DNA of 63,701 nucleotides, filler included, from Actinomycetota bacterium (GTDB lineage Bacteria; Actinomycetota; CADDZG01; JAHWKV01; JAOPZY01): NCBI GenBank assembly GCA_025963875.1. It is 7 parts of 7 records of this genome, joined end to end, with 100 filler letters (N's around TTAATTAATTAA, not from the genome) between each part and the next. Parts side by side here need not be neighbours in the genome. Positions count along the whole stretch, not along the records: positions 53,118 to 58,746 come from JAOPZY010000060.1; positions 58,847 to 63,701 come from JAOPZY010000107.1; 5 more parts are not named here. One strand, 5' to 3'. Shown piece by piece: positions 54,525 to 63,701 of this stretch (position 1 is its first letter; each line of letters starts with the position of its first letter). The notes under the pieces were generated by a model. It saw only the letters and a program-made list of their open reading frames with translations, ran no database searches and was not told where the DNA came from. The position numbers and the translations under genes were made by a program.

Positions 54525-55088
54525 ATGATCCCAACCAACGACATGCGCCCGGGCATGACCCTGGACCTCGACGGCGAGCTCTGGTCGGTCCTCGAATACC
54601 AGCACCACAAGCCGGGCAAGGGTCACGCCATGGTGCGCGCCAAGGTGCGCAGCCTCCGCAGCGGCGTGGTGGTGGACAAGACGTTTCGCCCGGACGAGAA
54701 GGTGGACATCGCCCGCCTCGATCGCCGCGAGATGCAGTACCTGTACGCCGACGACACCGGCCTCGTCTTCATGGACACCGAGACCTACGACCAGGTCACC
54801 ATCCCGCGGGAGACCCTGGGCGACTCCGCCCGCTTCCTCAAGGAGAGCCAGATGGTGAGCGTCCTCCAGCACGCGGGGACGTCCCTCGGGGTGGACCTCC
54901 CCACCACCGTCGACCTGGAGGTCAGCGAAACCGAGCCCGGGCTCCAGGGCGACCGCAGCTCCGCCGGCACCAAGCCGGCGACGCTGGAGACCGGCGCCAT
55001 CGTCCAGGTGCCGCTGTTCGTCACGACGGGTGAGACCGTCCGGATCGACACCCGTACCGGCGCCTACGTGACCCGGGTCCGGTCGTGA
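54525..55088 (+). CDS. efp: Elongation factor P
   Basis: HKPGKG, FMDTETYDQ, KPATLETG. Confidence 0.97.
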   Translation: MIPTNDMRPGMTLDLDGELWSVLEYQHHKPGKGHAMVRAKVRSLRSGVVVDKTFRPDEKVDIARLDRREMQYLYADDTGLVFMDTETYDQVTIPRETLGDSARFLKESQMVSVLQHAGTSLGVDLPTTVDLEVSETEPGLQGDRSSAGTKPATLETGAIVQVPLFVTTGETVRIDTRTGAYVTRVRS

Positions 55089-55130
55089 CCCCGCCAGCCC
55101 GCTCATGAGTCCACGAGCCCCGCGGTAGCA

Positions 55131-55526
55131 ATGGCCAAGCGGCGGGGCTCCCGCAAGATCGCGCTGGAGACGCTGTACGAGCACGACCTGTCCGGCAAGC
55201 CGTCGGCCGAGATCCTCGACCGCCACGCCAACGACGCCTCATTCACGTACGCCGCCACCCTCGTCCAGGGCGTGGATGAGCACCAGATCGAGATCGACCA
55301 GCTCATCACCCGTTACGCCGAGGACTGGACGCTGGCCCGGATGCCACCCATCGACCGCTCGCTGCTGCGCCTGGGTGTCCTGGAGCTCGTCTATCTCGAC
55401 GTGCCGGCCGCGGTGACGATCAACGAGGCGGTGGACCTCGCCAAGCAGTACTCGACCGCCGACTCCGGCCGTTTCGTCAACGGCATCCTCGGCCGGATCG
55501 CCCGGGAGACCGCCGCGCAGGTGTAG
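55131..55526 (+). CDS. nusB: Transcription antitermination factor NusB
   Basis: IDRSLLRL, INEAVDLAK, FVNGIL. Confidence 0.95.
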   Translation: MAKRRGSRKIALETLYEHDLSGKPSAEILDRHANDASFTYAATLVQGVDEHQIEIDQLITRYAEDWTLARMPPIDRSLLRLGVLELVYLDVPAAVTINEAVDLAKQYSTADSGRFVNGILGRIARETAAQV

Positions 55527-55580
55527 ATCCAGGTTCGCCAATGGACCCGGTGGTACAGTGGCACCGAAGTTGCAGCTCAC

Positions 55581-55613
55581 CCTTTAAAGACTGGTCCTGA
55601 GAGGCCAGAAAGG
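55581..55613 (+). promoter_or_regulatory. PyrR-binding RNA hairpin (pyr attenuator)
   Basis: CCTTTAA...CTGGTCCTGAGAGGCCAG-AAAGG matches the PyrR binding-loop consensus. Confidence 0.85.
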
Positions 55614-55631
55614 AGAGCGGTTGTCAAGGTG

Positions 55632-55677
55632 CGCCGTGTCCGCGGCTCGAGCGAGCCGAAACGGGGGCGGCGTTTTT
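55632..55677 (+). terminator. Attenuator terminator hairpin
   Basis: CGCCG..CGGCTCG/CGAGCCG..CGGCG followed by TTTTT just before pyrR. Confidence 0.7.
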
Positions 55678-55682
55678 CATTG

Positions 55683-56261
55683 ATGGACCGTTTCTCCACC
55701 TCCGTCCCAATCTCGGGCTCGTCCACCGTCAAAGCCGTCGTCCTGGAATCGTCCGACATCGACCGGGCGATGAAGCGGATGGCCCACGAGATCCTCGAGC
55801 GCAATCACGGCGCCGACGGCCTGGTGCTCGCCGGCATCCGGCGTCGCGGCGTCCCGCTCGCCGAGCGTCTGGGCAATGAGATCGAGCGCATCGAAGGGAT
55901 CCGGCCTCCGGTGGGGGCGCTGGACGTGTCCTTCTACCGGGACGACATCGCGATCCGCCAGCCCGCCGACGTCGGCCAGACGGCGCTGCCGTTCGACGTG
56001 GCCGGCAAGATCGTCGTCCTCGTCGACGACGTCCTCTACACCGGCCGGACCGTCCGGGCGGCCATCGACGCCCTGGTCGACTTCGGGCGCCCCCGAGCGG
56101 TGCAGCTGGCGGTCCTGATCGACCGGGGCCACCGGGAGCTTCCCATCCGGGCCGACTACATCGGCAAGAACCTTCCGACGTCGAGCCGGGAGGCAGTGGA
56201 CGTGCGACTCGCCGAGACCGACGGGGCCGATTCGGTCGTCATCACGGAGGGGCCATCTTGA
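55683..56261 (+). CDS. pyrR: Pyrimidine regulatory protein / UPRTase
   Basis: [32 protein letters not shown]. Confidence 0.96.
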   Translation: MDRFSTSVPISGSSTVKAVVLESSDIDRAMKRMAHEILERNHGADGLVLAGIRRRGVPLAERLGNEIERIEGIRPPVGALDVSFYRDDIAIRQPADVGQTALPFDVAGKIVVLVDDVLYTGRTVRAAIDALVDFGRPRAVQLAVLIDRGHRELPIRADYIGKNLPTSSREAVDVRLAETDGADSVVITEGPS

Positions 56262-57202
56262 TCAAACACCTGCTGTCGATCGACCAGCTGTCGCCCAGCC
56301 AGATCGAGCTCGTGCTGAAGACCGCCGATTCCTTCCGGGAGGTGGGCACCCGCACGATCAAGAAGGTCCCCATCCTGCGGGGCCGCACGGTGTGCAACCT
56401 GTTCTTCGAGTCCTCGACACGCACCCGCATCTCCTTCGAGCTCGCCGCCAAGCGCCTCTCGGCGGACGTGATCAACTTCACCGGCGACGCAAGGTCCTCC
56501 CTGGCCAAGGGCGAGTCGTTCAAGGACACCGCCCAGACCCTGCAGGCCATGGGGGTCGACGCCATCGTCGTCCGGCACTCGTCGGCGGGGGCCCCGCACC
56601 GGCTGTCCCGCTGGGTGGAGGCCAGCGTCATCAACGCCGGGGACGGCGCCCACGAGCACCCGACCCAGGCCCTCCTCGACCTGTACTCGATCCGGGAGCA
56701 TTTCCCGAGCTTCGACGGCCTGCGGGTGGGCATCGTCGGCGACATCCTGCACTCCCGGGTTGCTCGCTCCGACGTGGCCGCCCTGACGAAGATGGGGTCG
56801 CAGGTGACGCTCGTCGCCCCACCGACGCTCATCCCGCCGGCCATCGACAGCTGGGGGGCCGAGATCAGCTACGACCTGGAAGAGGTCCTGCCGAAACTCG
56901 ACGTCGTCTACCTGCTGCGGGTCCAGAAGGAACGCCAGAACGAGCAACTGGTGCCGTCGCTGCGGGAGTACGCCACCTTCTGGGGGCTCGACCGCCGCCG
57001 GGTGGACCTCATGAAGCCCGAGGCGATCATCATGCATCCCGGCCCGATGAACCGGGGCGTCGAGATCGCCGCCGACGTGGCGGACCTGGAGCGCTCGATC
57101 ATCATCGACCAGGTCACCAACGGGGTCGCCGTGCGGATGTCCCTGCTGTACCTCATGCTCGGCGCCGCCGACCGCGCCCTCGAGGAGGTCCCCGTTGGCT
57201 GA
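56258..57202 (+). CDS. pyrB: Aspartate carbamoyltransferase
   Basis: [24 protein letters not shown]. Confidence 0.97.
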   Translation: MIKHLLSIDQLSPSQIELVLKTADSFREVGTRTIKKVPILRGRTVCNLFFESSTRTRISFELAAKRLSADVINFTGDARSSLAKGESFKDTAQTLQAMGVDAIVVRHSSAGAPHRLSRWVEASVINAGDGAHEHPTQALLDLYSIREHFPSFDGLRVGIVGDILHSRVARSDVAALTKMGSQVTLVAPPTLIPPAIDSWGAEISYDLEEVLPKLDVVYLLRVQKERQNEQLVPSLREYATFWGLDRRRVDLMKPEAIIMHPGPMNRGVEIAADVADLERSIIIDQVTNGVAVRMSLLYLMLGAADRALEEVPVG

Positions 57203-58523
57203 CATCCTGCTGCGGGGGGGCCGCCTGGTCGATCCGGCCGGGGAGGCCGACGCCACCTGCGACGTGCTCATCTCGGGCGGGCGGATCGAGGCGGTCGGGA
57301 CCGGACTCGACCCCGGCCGGGCCGAGGTGATCGACGTCGACGGGGCGATCGTGGCGCCGGGATTCGTCGACACCCACGTCCACCTCCGGGAGCCGGGCCG
57401 GGAGGACGAGGAGACCATCGCCTCGGGCTCGGCGGCGGCGGTGCTCGGGGGGTACACGGCCATCTGCGCCATGCCGAACACCGACCCGGTCTGCGACAAC
57501 GCCGCCGTTGCGGAGAAGGTGGCGGCCACGGGCAGCTTCCTCGGCCTCACCCAGGTGATCCCTGCCGGATCGCTGACCCAGGGCCTGCAGGGCAAGCACC
57601 TCGCCGCCATCGGGGAGATGGCCACCTGCAACGCCAGGGTGCGGCTCTTCACCGACGACGGCCACGGTGTCCAGGACGCCCGGCTGCTGCGGCGGGCCAT
57701 GGAATACCTCAAGGGCTTCGGGGCCATCTGCGCCGAGCACTGCGACGACGAGTCCCTGTCCGAAGGCGGCCACATGCACGAGGGCGAGTACTCCTCCCGC
57801 CTCGGCCTGCGGGGCCAGCCGGCGGAGGCCGAGGAGCTGGCGCTCGCCAGGGACATCGTGCTGGCCCGCCTCACCGGCGCCCGCTTCCACGCCCTGCACG
57901 TCTCGACCGCCCGGTCGGTGGCCATCATCCGGCAGGCCAAGGCCGACGGGCTGCCGGTCACCGCCGAGGCGACGCCGCACCACCTCACCCTCACCGACGC
58001 CTGCCTCGTCGACTACGACACGAACTTCAAGGTCAACCCCCCGCTGCGCTCGCCGCACGACGTCGAGGTCCTCCGGGCTGGTCTGGCCGACGGGACCATC
58101 GACAACATCGCCACCGACCACGCCCCGCACGCCGCCCAGGAGAAGGAGGCCGAGTTCGAGGCAGCCCCGCCCGGGTTGATCGGGCTGGAGACCGCGCTCG
58201 GCGTCATCATGGGCGAGCTGGTCGAGGGCGGGCTTCTGACGCTGGGGGACATGGTGCGCCGGATGTCGACCACGCCTGCCCGCATCCTCGGACTCGAGGG
58301 CCAGGGCGGCCCGGTGGTGCCGGGCGCTTGGGCGAACCTCGTGGTCTTCGACCCTGGAGCCCGGTGGACGGTCGATCCCGGGAAGTTCGCCAGCCGATGC
58401 CGCAACTGCCCCTGGGCGGGCAAGGAACTGGTCGGCCGCGTCCTCCTGACGGTGTTCCAGGGCCGCGTGGTCGGGCGTGACGGCCAGGTGTCCACGGCTG
58501 CGCCACTGGGGGCCTTCGCGTGA
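57195..58523 (+). CDS. pyrC: Dihydroorotase
   Basis: [25 protein letters not shown]. Confidence 0.96.
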   Translation: MADILLRGGRLVDPAGEADATCDVLISGGRIEAVGTGLDPGRAEVIDVDGAIVAPGFVDTHVHLREPGREDEETIASGSAAAVLGGYTAICAMPNTDPVCDNAAVAEKVAATGSFLGLTQVIPAGSLTQGLQGKHLAAIGEMATCNARVRLFTDDGHGVQDARLLRRAMEYLKGFGAICAEHCDDESLSEGGHMHEGEYSSRLGLRGQPAEAEELALARDIVLARLTGARFHALHVSTARSVAIIRQAKADGLPVTAEATPHHLTLTDACLVDYDTNFKVNPPLRSPHDVEVLRAGLADGTIDNIATDHAPHAAQEKEAEFEAAPPGLIGLETALGVIMGELVEGGLLTLGDMVRRMSTTPARILGLEGQGGPVVPGAWANLVVFDPGARWTVDPGKFASRCRNCPWAGKELVGRVLLTVFQGRVVGRDGQVSTAAPLGAFA

Positions 58524-58746
58524 GGGACGCCCTGCTGGTCCTGGAGGACGGCACGACGTTCGAGGGGGCGGGCTTCGGCGCCTCCGACACCGAGGCGGCG
58601 GGCGAGGTCGTCTTCAATACCGGCATGACGGGCTACCAGGAGGTCCTCACCGATCCTTCGTACCGCGGCCAGATCGTCACGATGACGTACCCGCACATCG
58701 GCAACTACGGGCTCAACCGCATCGACACCGAAGGCGCCCAACCCCA
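58520..58746 (+). CDS. carA: Carbamoyl-phosphate synthase small chain (3' truncated)
   Basis: [21 protein letters not shown]. Confidence 0.95.
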
Positions 58747-58846
58747 NNNNNNNNNNNNNNNNNNNNNNNNNNNNNNNNNNNNNNNNNNNNTTAATTAATT
58801 AANNNNNNNNNNNNNNNNNNNNNNNNNNNNNNNNNNNNNNNNNNNN
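58747..58846. other. Artificial contig linker
   Basis: N-run with TTAATTAATTAA. Confidence 0.99.
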
Positions 58847-59668
58847 TGCCGGCTCGTCGAGGTCTTCGCACAGGATGACGAACTCGTCGCCCGACAGTCG
58901 GGCCAGGGTGTCGCCCGGGCGCAGCACGCCGGTCAGTCGCTCGGCGACGGTCACCAGCAGCTCGTCGCCGGCGTTGTGGCCGTGCAGGTCGTTCACCATC
59001 TTGAACCGGTCGAGATCGGCGAAGAGAACCGCGGCCATCTTGCCTGATCGGCGACCTCGACGAACGGCGTGGTCGAGCCGCTCGAGGAACAGGGTCCGGT
59101 TGGGCAGCCCGGTCAGCGCGTCGTGCACCGCGCTCTCACGCGATCGCTCGGAGGAGGCTTCAAGGTCCACCCTTGCCTGCGCGTTGAGCAGGTAGGCGGC
59201 CGCGACATCGGCCAACGTCTGAGCCGCGCTCATGGCGGCGTCGTCCAGCAGTCCGGGAGTGCTCCGGTACAGATCGAGCGCGCCCAGCCGTTCGGCACCC
59301 TTGCACAGCGGGAATGTGAACACCGCCACCAGCCCCGCCTCAACCGCGCGGGGCGTGAACTTCGGGAACCGGGATTCGTCGCGGAGGTCCGCCACCGCAA
59401 CCGCTTCGCCCGTCTGGTACGCCGCAAGGCACGGCCCCTCGCCGAGTTCGGTCTGCAGCTTCTCGAAGCGCAATGCCGACTCGTCCGATGCCGCCACGTA
59501 GCGAGGATCTGTTCCGGGGGAGATGAGCGTCACTCCAGCGGCCGAGATCGGCAGGACTTCGACGATGCGCTTTACCAGGTGATCAAGGATCCCCTGGATA
59601 GGGAAATTCGTCACCATGGTGCGGGCGAATTCACTCAACACTTCCGAGAGTTTCTGCTCGCTCGGCAT
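58847..59668 (-). CDS. GAF + GGDEF-family protein (3' truncated)
   Basis: HDALTGLPNR, DLDRFK, ARLSGDEF. Confidence 0.9.
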
Positions 59669-59919
59669 GACCCACTCCGTCCACCAACAGATCTACGCGG
59701 GCGCTGGGTCTGGGCGGAGCACTGTTCGAGAGTGCGCACTCGACGGCACCAGGTGGAATCCTGGCGCATTTTGCCTGTTTTTCGCGTATCGAACTACTTT
59801 GGAGAGTAAGACCATACCATAGGTCGACCCGAGCGGGTGATTGGGGGGACATAAGGATATTTGGCTAGCCCGCTAGGCGGGCGCCCGGCTCACGAGGCGG
59901 CTGCTAGGATCACCGCCTC

Positions 59920-62316
59920 ATGCCGGATGGGGTCGTGAACCGCGGGCCAAGGCGCCTGGCGCTGGCCCTGCTGGGCCTCGCGTGGCTCGCCTTCGTCTTC
60001 CCCGTGTTCGGTGGCAAGGTGCACTTCCCCACCGACTTCGGCTATCCCTACTTCAAGGCGCCGGCGCACGTCGCCGCCCCATCGAACCCGGCGGACACCG
60101 ATTCCTTCAACGCGGTCTACCCGTACCACGTCTACCTCGGCCAGCAGCTCCGGGCCGGCCATCTCCCCCTCTGGGACCCCACACGATTCATCGGCGTGCC
60201 CTACGCCGGGGACATCTCGATGGGGACGTTCTATCCACCGAACTGGCTCTTCGCCGCCGGCCACGTCGAGGTGGTCGGGACGTTCATCTGGGCGGCCAGC
60301 CTGCTCGCGTCCCTCCTCCTCGCCTACTGGTTCCTCCGGGTCCTGCGCCTGCATCCCCTGGCCTCGGCCGCCGGTGCGATCGTGTGGACGTTCAGCGGGT
60401 TCATGTCGAACTGGTCGACCGGGGATCCGCTGCTCGGCGCCGCGATCTGGCTACCCCTCGCCCTCGGAGGCCTCGAGGTGGCACTCCAGGGGAGACCCCG
60501 GAAGGGCATACCGCTGGCGGGGCTGGCGCTCGGCCTCAGCGTCCTGGCCGGGCACGCCCAGATCTCCTCCTACGTCTGGATGGCAGCCGGGCTGTGGGCC
60601 GCCGTGTCGATCGCCGCCGATGCGCTCCAGGCGAGGCGCTCCCCGAACAGCTCCGTCGCTCAGGTGATCGCCCGCGGCGCCGCCATCACCGGAGGGGCGT
60701 TCGTGGTCGCCGCCGGGCTGGCATCGGTGCAGATCCTGGGGACCCTCGAATACTCGCATCTGATCCTGCGCCAGAAGGAGGCCTACGCCGACGTCCTGGG
60801 CAACAGGGTCCATGCCCGCTTCCTCGCGACCACCCTGATTCCGGACTACTTCGGGAACCCGGTCGACCACAACTTCCGCTCCGCGGCGTTCCTCTACACG
60901 AGTGACGTCTTCTACGCCGGCGTGTTCGCCGTCCCGCTTGCGATCGGTGGGGTCCTCCACCGCAACCGGCGAGCCGGCCTGTTCTTCGGTCTGCTGGTGG
61001 CCGTCGGCATCGGTGGCGCCTTCGGGACCCCCCTGCTCCACCTGCTGTTCGCCGGCGTCCCGGGCCTGGCACGCTTCCAGGCCCCGAACCGCATGCTCAT
61101 CCTCGCCGACGTCGGGCTGGCCGGGCTCGCCGCCCTCGGGCTGGACGCGATCGTCTCCCACCAGCGACTGGCCGCCAGGGCGACCCTGTGGACGTCGGGT
61201 CTTGTCCTCGCGGCGCTGGCCGTCATGGCGGCCACGCGGCTCGGGACGCCCGTCGCTGCCGGCTACGTCACCGGCCGCGGGGTCCGGGCGATCGTCCTCG
61301 TTGCCCTCGGAGGAGTCCTGGTGTTCTGCGCCCGGCGATTCCCGAGGCAGTCCACAGCCGCGGCGGCAGCCGTCGTGGCCGTGGTGGGCGTGGATCTCTG
61401 GCTCTTCGGCTTTCGGTACCACCCGTTCCAGAACGACGAGCCGGTGATCACCTCGGACCCGCAGCTCGAGTACCTGGCCTCGGTGCCCGGCCCCCGCCCT
61501 CGGTACGCCCAAGGGGCCTACTTCGTCCTCACGCCGAACGCGTCGATGGTGTTCGGGCTCTACAGCCTGCATGGGTACGACCCTTTGATCCCGGGCACGT
61601 TCAGCAAGCTGCTGGGGCTCCTCGGGCCCGACCTGCCCTTCCTGGCCCACGGCAACGCGGTGTATCCCATCCCCGACGGCCCCGCGGAGCCACCGGCTCT
61701 CGACCTCCTCGGGGTCCGGAGCCTCACGTCCCCCAGCAACCACATCGTCCCAGGGACGCTCGCCCATACCGGCCGCTACTCGATCTACGATCAGCCTGGG
61801 GCCTTCCCGCCGGCCTTCGTCGCCACCTGCTGGTCGACGGCGGCCGATGCCGGCGCCCTCACCAGGATGCACGCCATGAGCGTCGCCGACCTTCGCTCGA
61901 CGGTCATCCTGGCGCCGGGAAGGAGGTCCCTCCCGACGCCGCCCGACAGGTGCGACCCGGGCCCGGACGCCACGGTGGAGCATTACGAGGCCCAGGACGT
62001 CTCCGTCTCCGTTCCCCCGTCCAGCCCGGGCGGCCTGCTTGTGCTGTCCGACCAGTGGTACCCGGGCTGGACCGCAACCGTGGACGGCAAGCCTGCCGCC
62101 ATCCTGCGGGCGGACGTTGCACTAAGGGCGGTCGCCCTCTCCCCTGGCGCGCACCGGGTCCGGTTCCGCTACCAACCCCGCTGGCCGCTGAACGGCCTCG
62201 CCATCCTCGCGTTCACCGTGGCGGTGGGGGCAGTCCTCGCCCTGGGACGACGGCCCAACTATCATTCCGTCCCAGATCAACCGCGTAGCTCCATAGGAGA
62301 GCGAAGCATCAAATGA
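59920..62316 (+). CDS. YfhO-family GT-C-like membrane protein
   Basis: LPLWDP, FYPPNW, many TM helices, WYPGWTATVDG..GAHRVRFRY. Confidence 0.85.
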   Translation: MPDGVVNRGPRRLALALLGLAWLAFVFPVFGGKVHFPTDFGYPYFKAPAHVAAPSNPADTDSFNAVYPYHVYLGQQLRAGHLPLWDPTRFIGVPYAGDISMGTFYPPNWLFAAGHVEVVGTFIWAASLLASLLLAYWFLRVLRLHPLASAAGAIVWTFSGFMSNWSTGDPLLGAAIWLPLALGGLEVALQGRPRKGIPLAGLALGLSVLAGHAQISSYVWMAAGLWAAVSIAADALQARRSPNSSVAQVIARGAAITGGAFVVAAGLASVQILGTLEYSHLILRQKEAYADVLGNRVHARFLATTLIPDYFGNPVDHNFRSAAFLYTSDVFYAGVFAVPLAIGGVLHRNRRAGLFFGLLVAVGIGGAFGTPLLHLLFAGVPGLARFQAPNRMLILADVGLAGLAALGLDAIVSHQRLAARATLWTSGLVLAALAVMAATRLGTPVAAGYVTGRGVRAIVLVALGGVLVFCARRFPRQSTAAAAAVVAVVGVDLWLFGFRYHPFQNDEPVITSDPQLEYLASVPGPRPRYAQGAYFVLTPNASMVFGLYSLHGYDPLIPGTFSKLLGLLGPDLPFLAHGNAVYPIPDGPAEPPALDLLGVRSLTSPSNHIVPGTLAHTGRYSIYDQPGAFPPAFVATCWSTAADAGALTRMHAMSVADLRSTVILAPGRRSLPTPPDRCDPGPDATVEHYEAQDVSVSVPPSSPGGLLVLSDQWYPGWTATVDGKPAAILRADVALRAVALSPGAHRVRFRYQPRWPLNGLAILAFTVAVGAVLALGRRPNYHSVPDQPRSSIGERSIK

Positions 62317-63113
62317 GCATCTCGACATCGACACCCGAGCAGTCCGTCGCCCAGCGGCCGGCGTCGCTGCGCCCGGCCCGCCCCAGAGTGGTCGTGGTGA
62401 TGCCCGCCCTCAACGCCGGCCAGACCCTCGAGGACATCGTCGGAGCCATCAACCGCGACGTCGTGGACGAGATCGTCCTCGTCGACGACAAGTCTTCGGA
62501 CAACACGGTCGAGCTGGCCCGCCGCCTCAACATCCGGGTGATCTGGCATCCGCACAACGTCGGGTACGGCGGCAACCAGAAGACGTGCTACCTCGATGCG
62601 CTCCAGCGCGACCCCGACATCGTCGTGATGCTCCATCCCGACGGGCAGTACGAGGCATCCCTCATCCCCGACCTGATCCGGCCGATCGTCGAGGGGAAGG
62701 CCGACCTCGTGCTCGGCTCCCGCCTGGCGGAGCCGGGCGCCGCCCTGGCCGGCGGCATGCCACGCTCGAAGTACATCGCCAACCGGGCGCTCACCACCCT
62801 GGAGAACCTCGCTCTGGGCACGAGGCTGTCGGAGATGCACACCGGCTACCGGGCGTACTCCCGTGAGCTGCTCCTGAAGGTGCCGTTCCTCCGCAACTCC
62901 CTCGGATTCAGCTTCGACTCCGAGATGCTCATGCAGGCCGTGCACTTCGGGTTCCGCATCGCCGAGATCCCCGCCCATTCCCGCTACTTCGACGACGCCT
63001 CCTCGATCGGCTTCAAGGACGCCACGACGTACGGGCTCAAGTCCGCATGGATGGCCGGCCGCTTCCTGCTCAACCGGTGGGGCGCCGTCCCCTGCCGCAA
63101 GTTCCAGCCCTGA
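62313..63113 (+). CDS. GT2 glycosyltransferase (polyprenol-P-sugar synthase-like)
   Basis: MPALN, VDD, NVGYGGNQK, HPDGQY, HTGYRAY. Confidence 0.92.
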   Translation: MSISTSTPEQSVAQRPASLRPARPRVVVVMPALNAGQTLEDIVGAINRDVVDEIVLVDDKSSDNTVELARRLNIRVIWHPHNVGYGGNQKTCYLDALQRDPDIVVMLHPDGQYEASLIPDLIRPIVEGKADLVLGSRLAEPGAALAGGMPRSKYIANRALTTLENLALGTRLSEMHTGYRAYSRELLLKVPFLRNSLGFSFDSEMLMQAVHFGFRIAEIPAHSRYFDDASSIGFKDATTYGLKSAWMAGRFLLNRWGAVPCRKFQP

Positions 63114-63120
63114 GGGACGC

Positions 63121-63701
63121 ATGGCCGTAGGGAGGATCAGCGGGGAACGCATCGTCACCAACCAGGGCGGCTTCAACCCGACCTGGCAGCGCCACACCGT
63201 CAACTACCAGTTCGCCGCCGGGTTCCTTCCGGCCGGCACCGCCGTCGACCTGGGGTGCGGCACGGGGCACGCGGCCCATTTCCTTGCCGATCACTGGACC
63301 GTCGGCCTCGACATCGACCACGGCGCCCTTGCCGCCCAGGGCCGCCCGGCCGTGCTCGCCGACCTGCGGAGGTCGCCGTTCGCCGGCGGAAGCTTCGACG
63401 GCGCCGTCTGCCTCCACGCCGTCGAGCACGTCCCCGACCCCGAGCGGGTCGTCGCGGAGTGCGCCCGGCTCGTGCGGCCGGGCGGGACGGTGGTGCTGTC
63501 CACACCGAACCGGCTGACGTTCATCCGGCCCGACGAGATCATCGACCCGTACCACGAGATCGAGTTCGACCCGGACCAGCTCCGGGCGCTCTGCGCGCCC
63601 CACTTCGCAGCAGTGGAGATCCACGGGTTGTTCGGCTCCGAGCGCTACATGGAATTCTTCCGTCGGGAGCGTGCCAAGCTCGACGCCCGCCTGCGCCTGG
63701 A
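63121..63701 (+). CDS. Class I SAM-dependent methyltransferase (3' truncated)
   Basis: VDLGCGTGH, HAVEHV, RPGGTVVLSTPNR, read manually in frame from ATG 63121. Confidence 0.85.
   Translation, partial: MAVGRISGERIVTNQGGFNPTWQRHTVNYQFAAGFLPAGTAVDLGCGTGHAAHFLADHWTVGLDIDHGALAAQGRPAVLADLRRSPFAGGSFDGAVCLHAVEHVPDPERVVAECARLVRPGGTVVLSTPNRLTFIRPDEIIDPYHEIEFDPDQLRALCAPHFAAVEIHGLFGSERYMEFFRRERAKLDARLRL

Overview
High-GC actinobacterial DNA, probably a draft genome or MAG. It is seven contigs joined by artificial 100-nt N/TTAATTAATTAA linkers, so adjacency across linkers is not evidence of linkage. Most of the window is housekeeping: glyQS-ppdK-dgt-dnaG-rpoD-tRNA-Asn, idi, pckG, typA, smc-ftsY-ffh-rpsP-khpA-rimM-trmD, polX-mpg, and aroQ-pepQ-efp-nusB-pyrR-pyrB-pyrC-carA with a PyrR attenuator. 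Four accessory signals stand out. (1) A dispersed AbiEi/DUF559-like gene family occurs three times on three contigs (intact, frameshifted, 5' remnant). Each start codon sits inside the same 12-bp/23-nt/12-bp inverted repeat with compensatory changes, and the intact copy has a PafBC-type DNA-damage promoter. (2) An orphan 1307-aa protein combines DUF4157, a Zn-phospholipase-C-like domain, a propeller and a 7-repeat lectin-like domain, and looks like a toxin. (3) A TnpB N-terminal remnant lies under an overlapping PafBC motif and LexA-like box. (4) A sortase-anchored adhesin is tandemly duplicated. All family calls come from motif recognition by eye; no searches were run.
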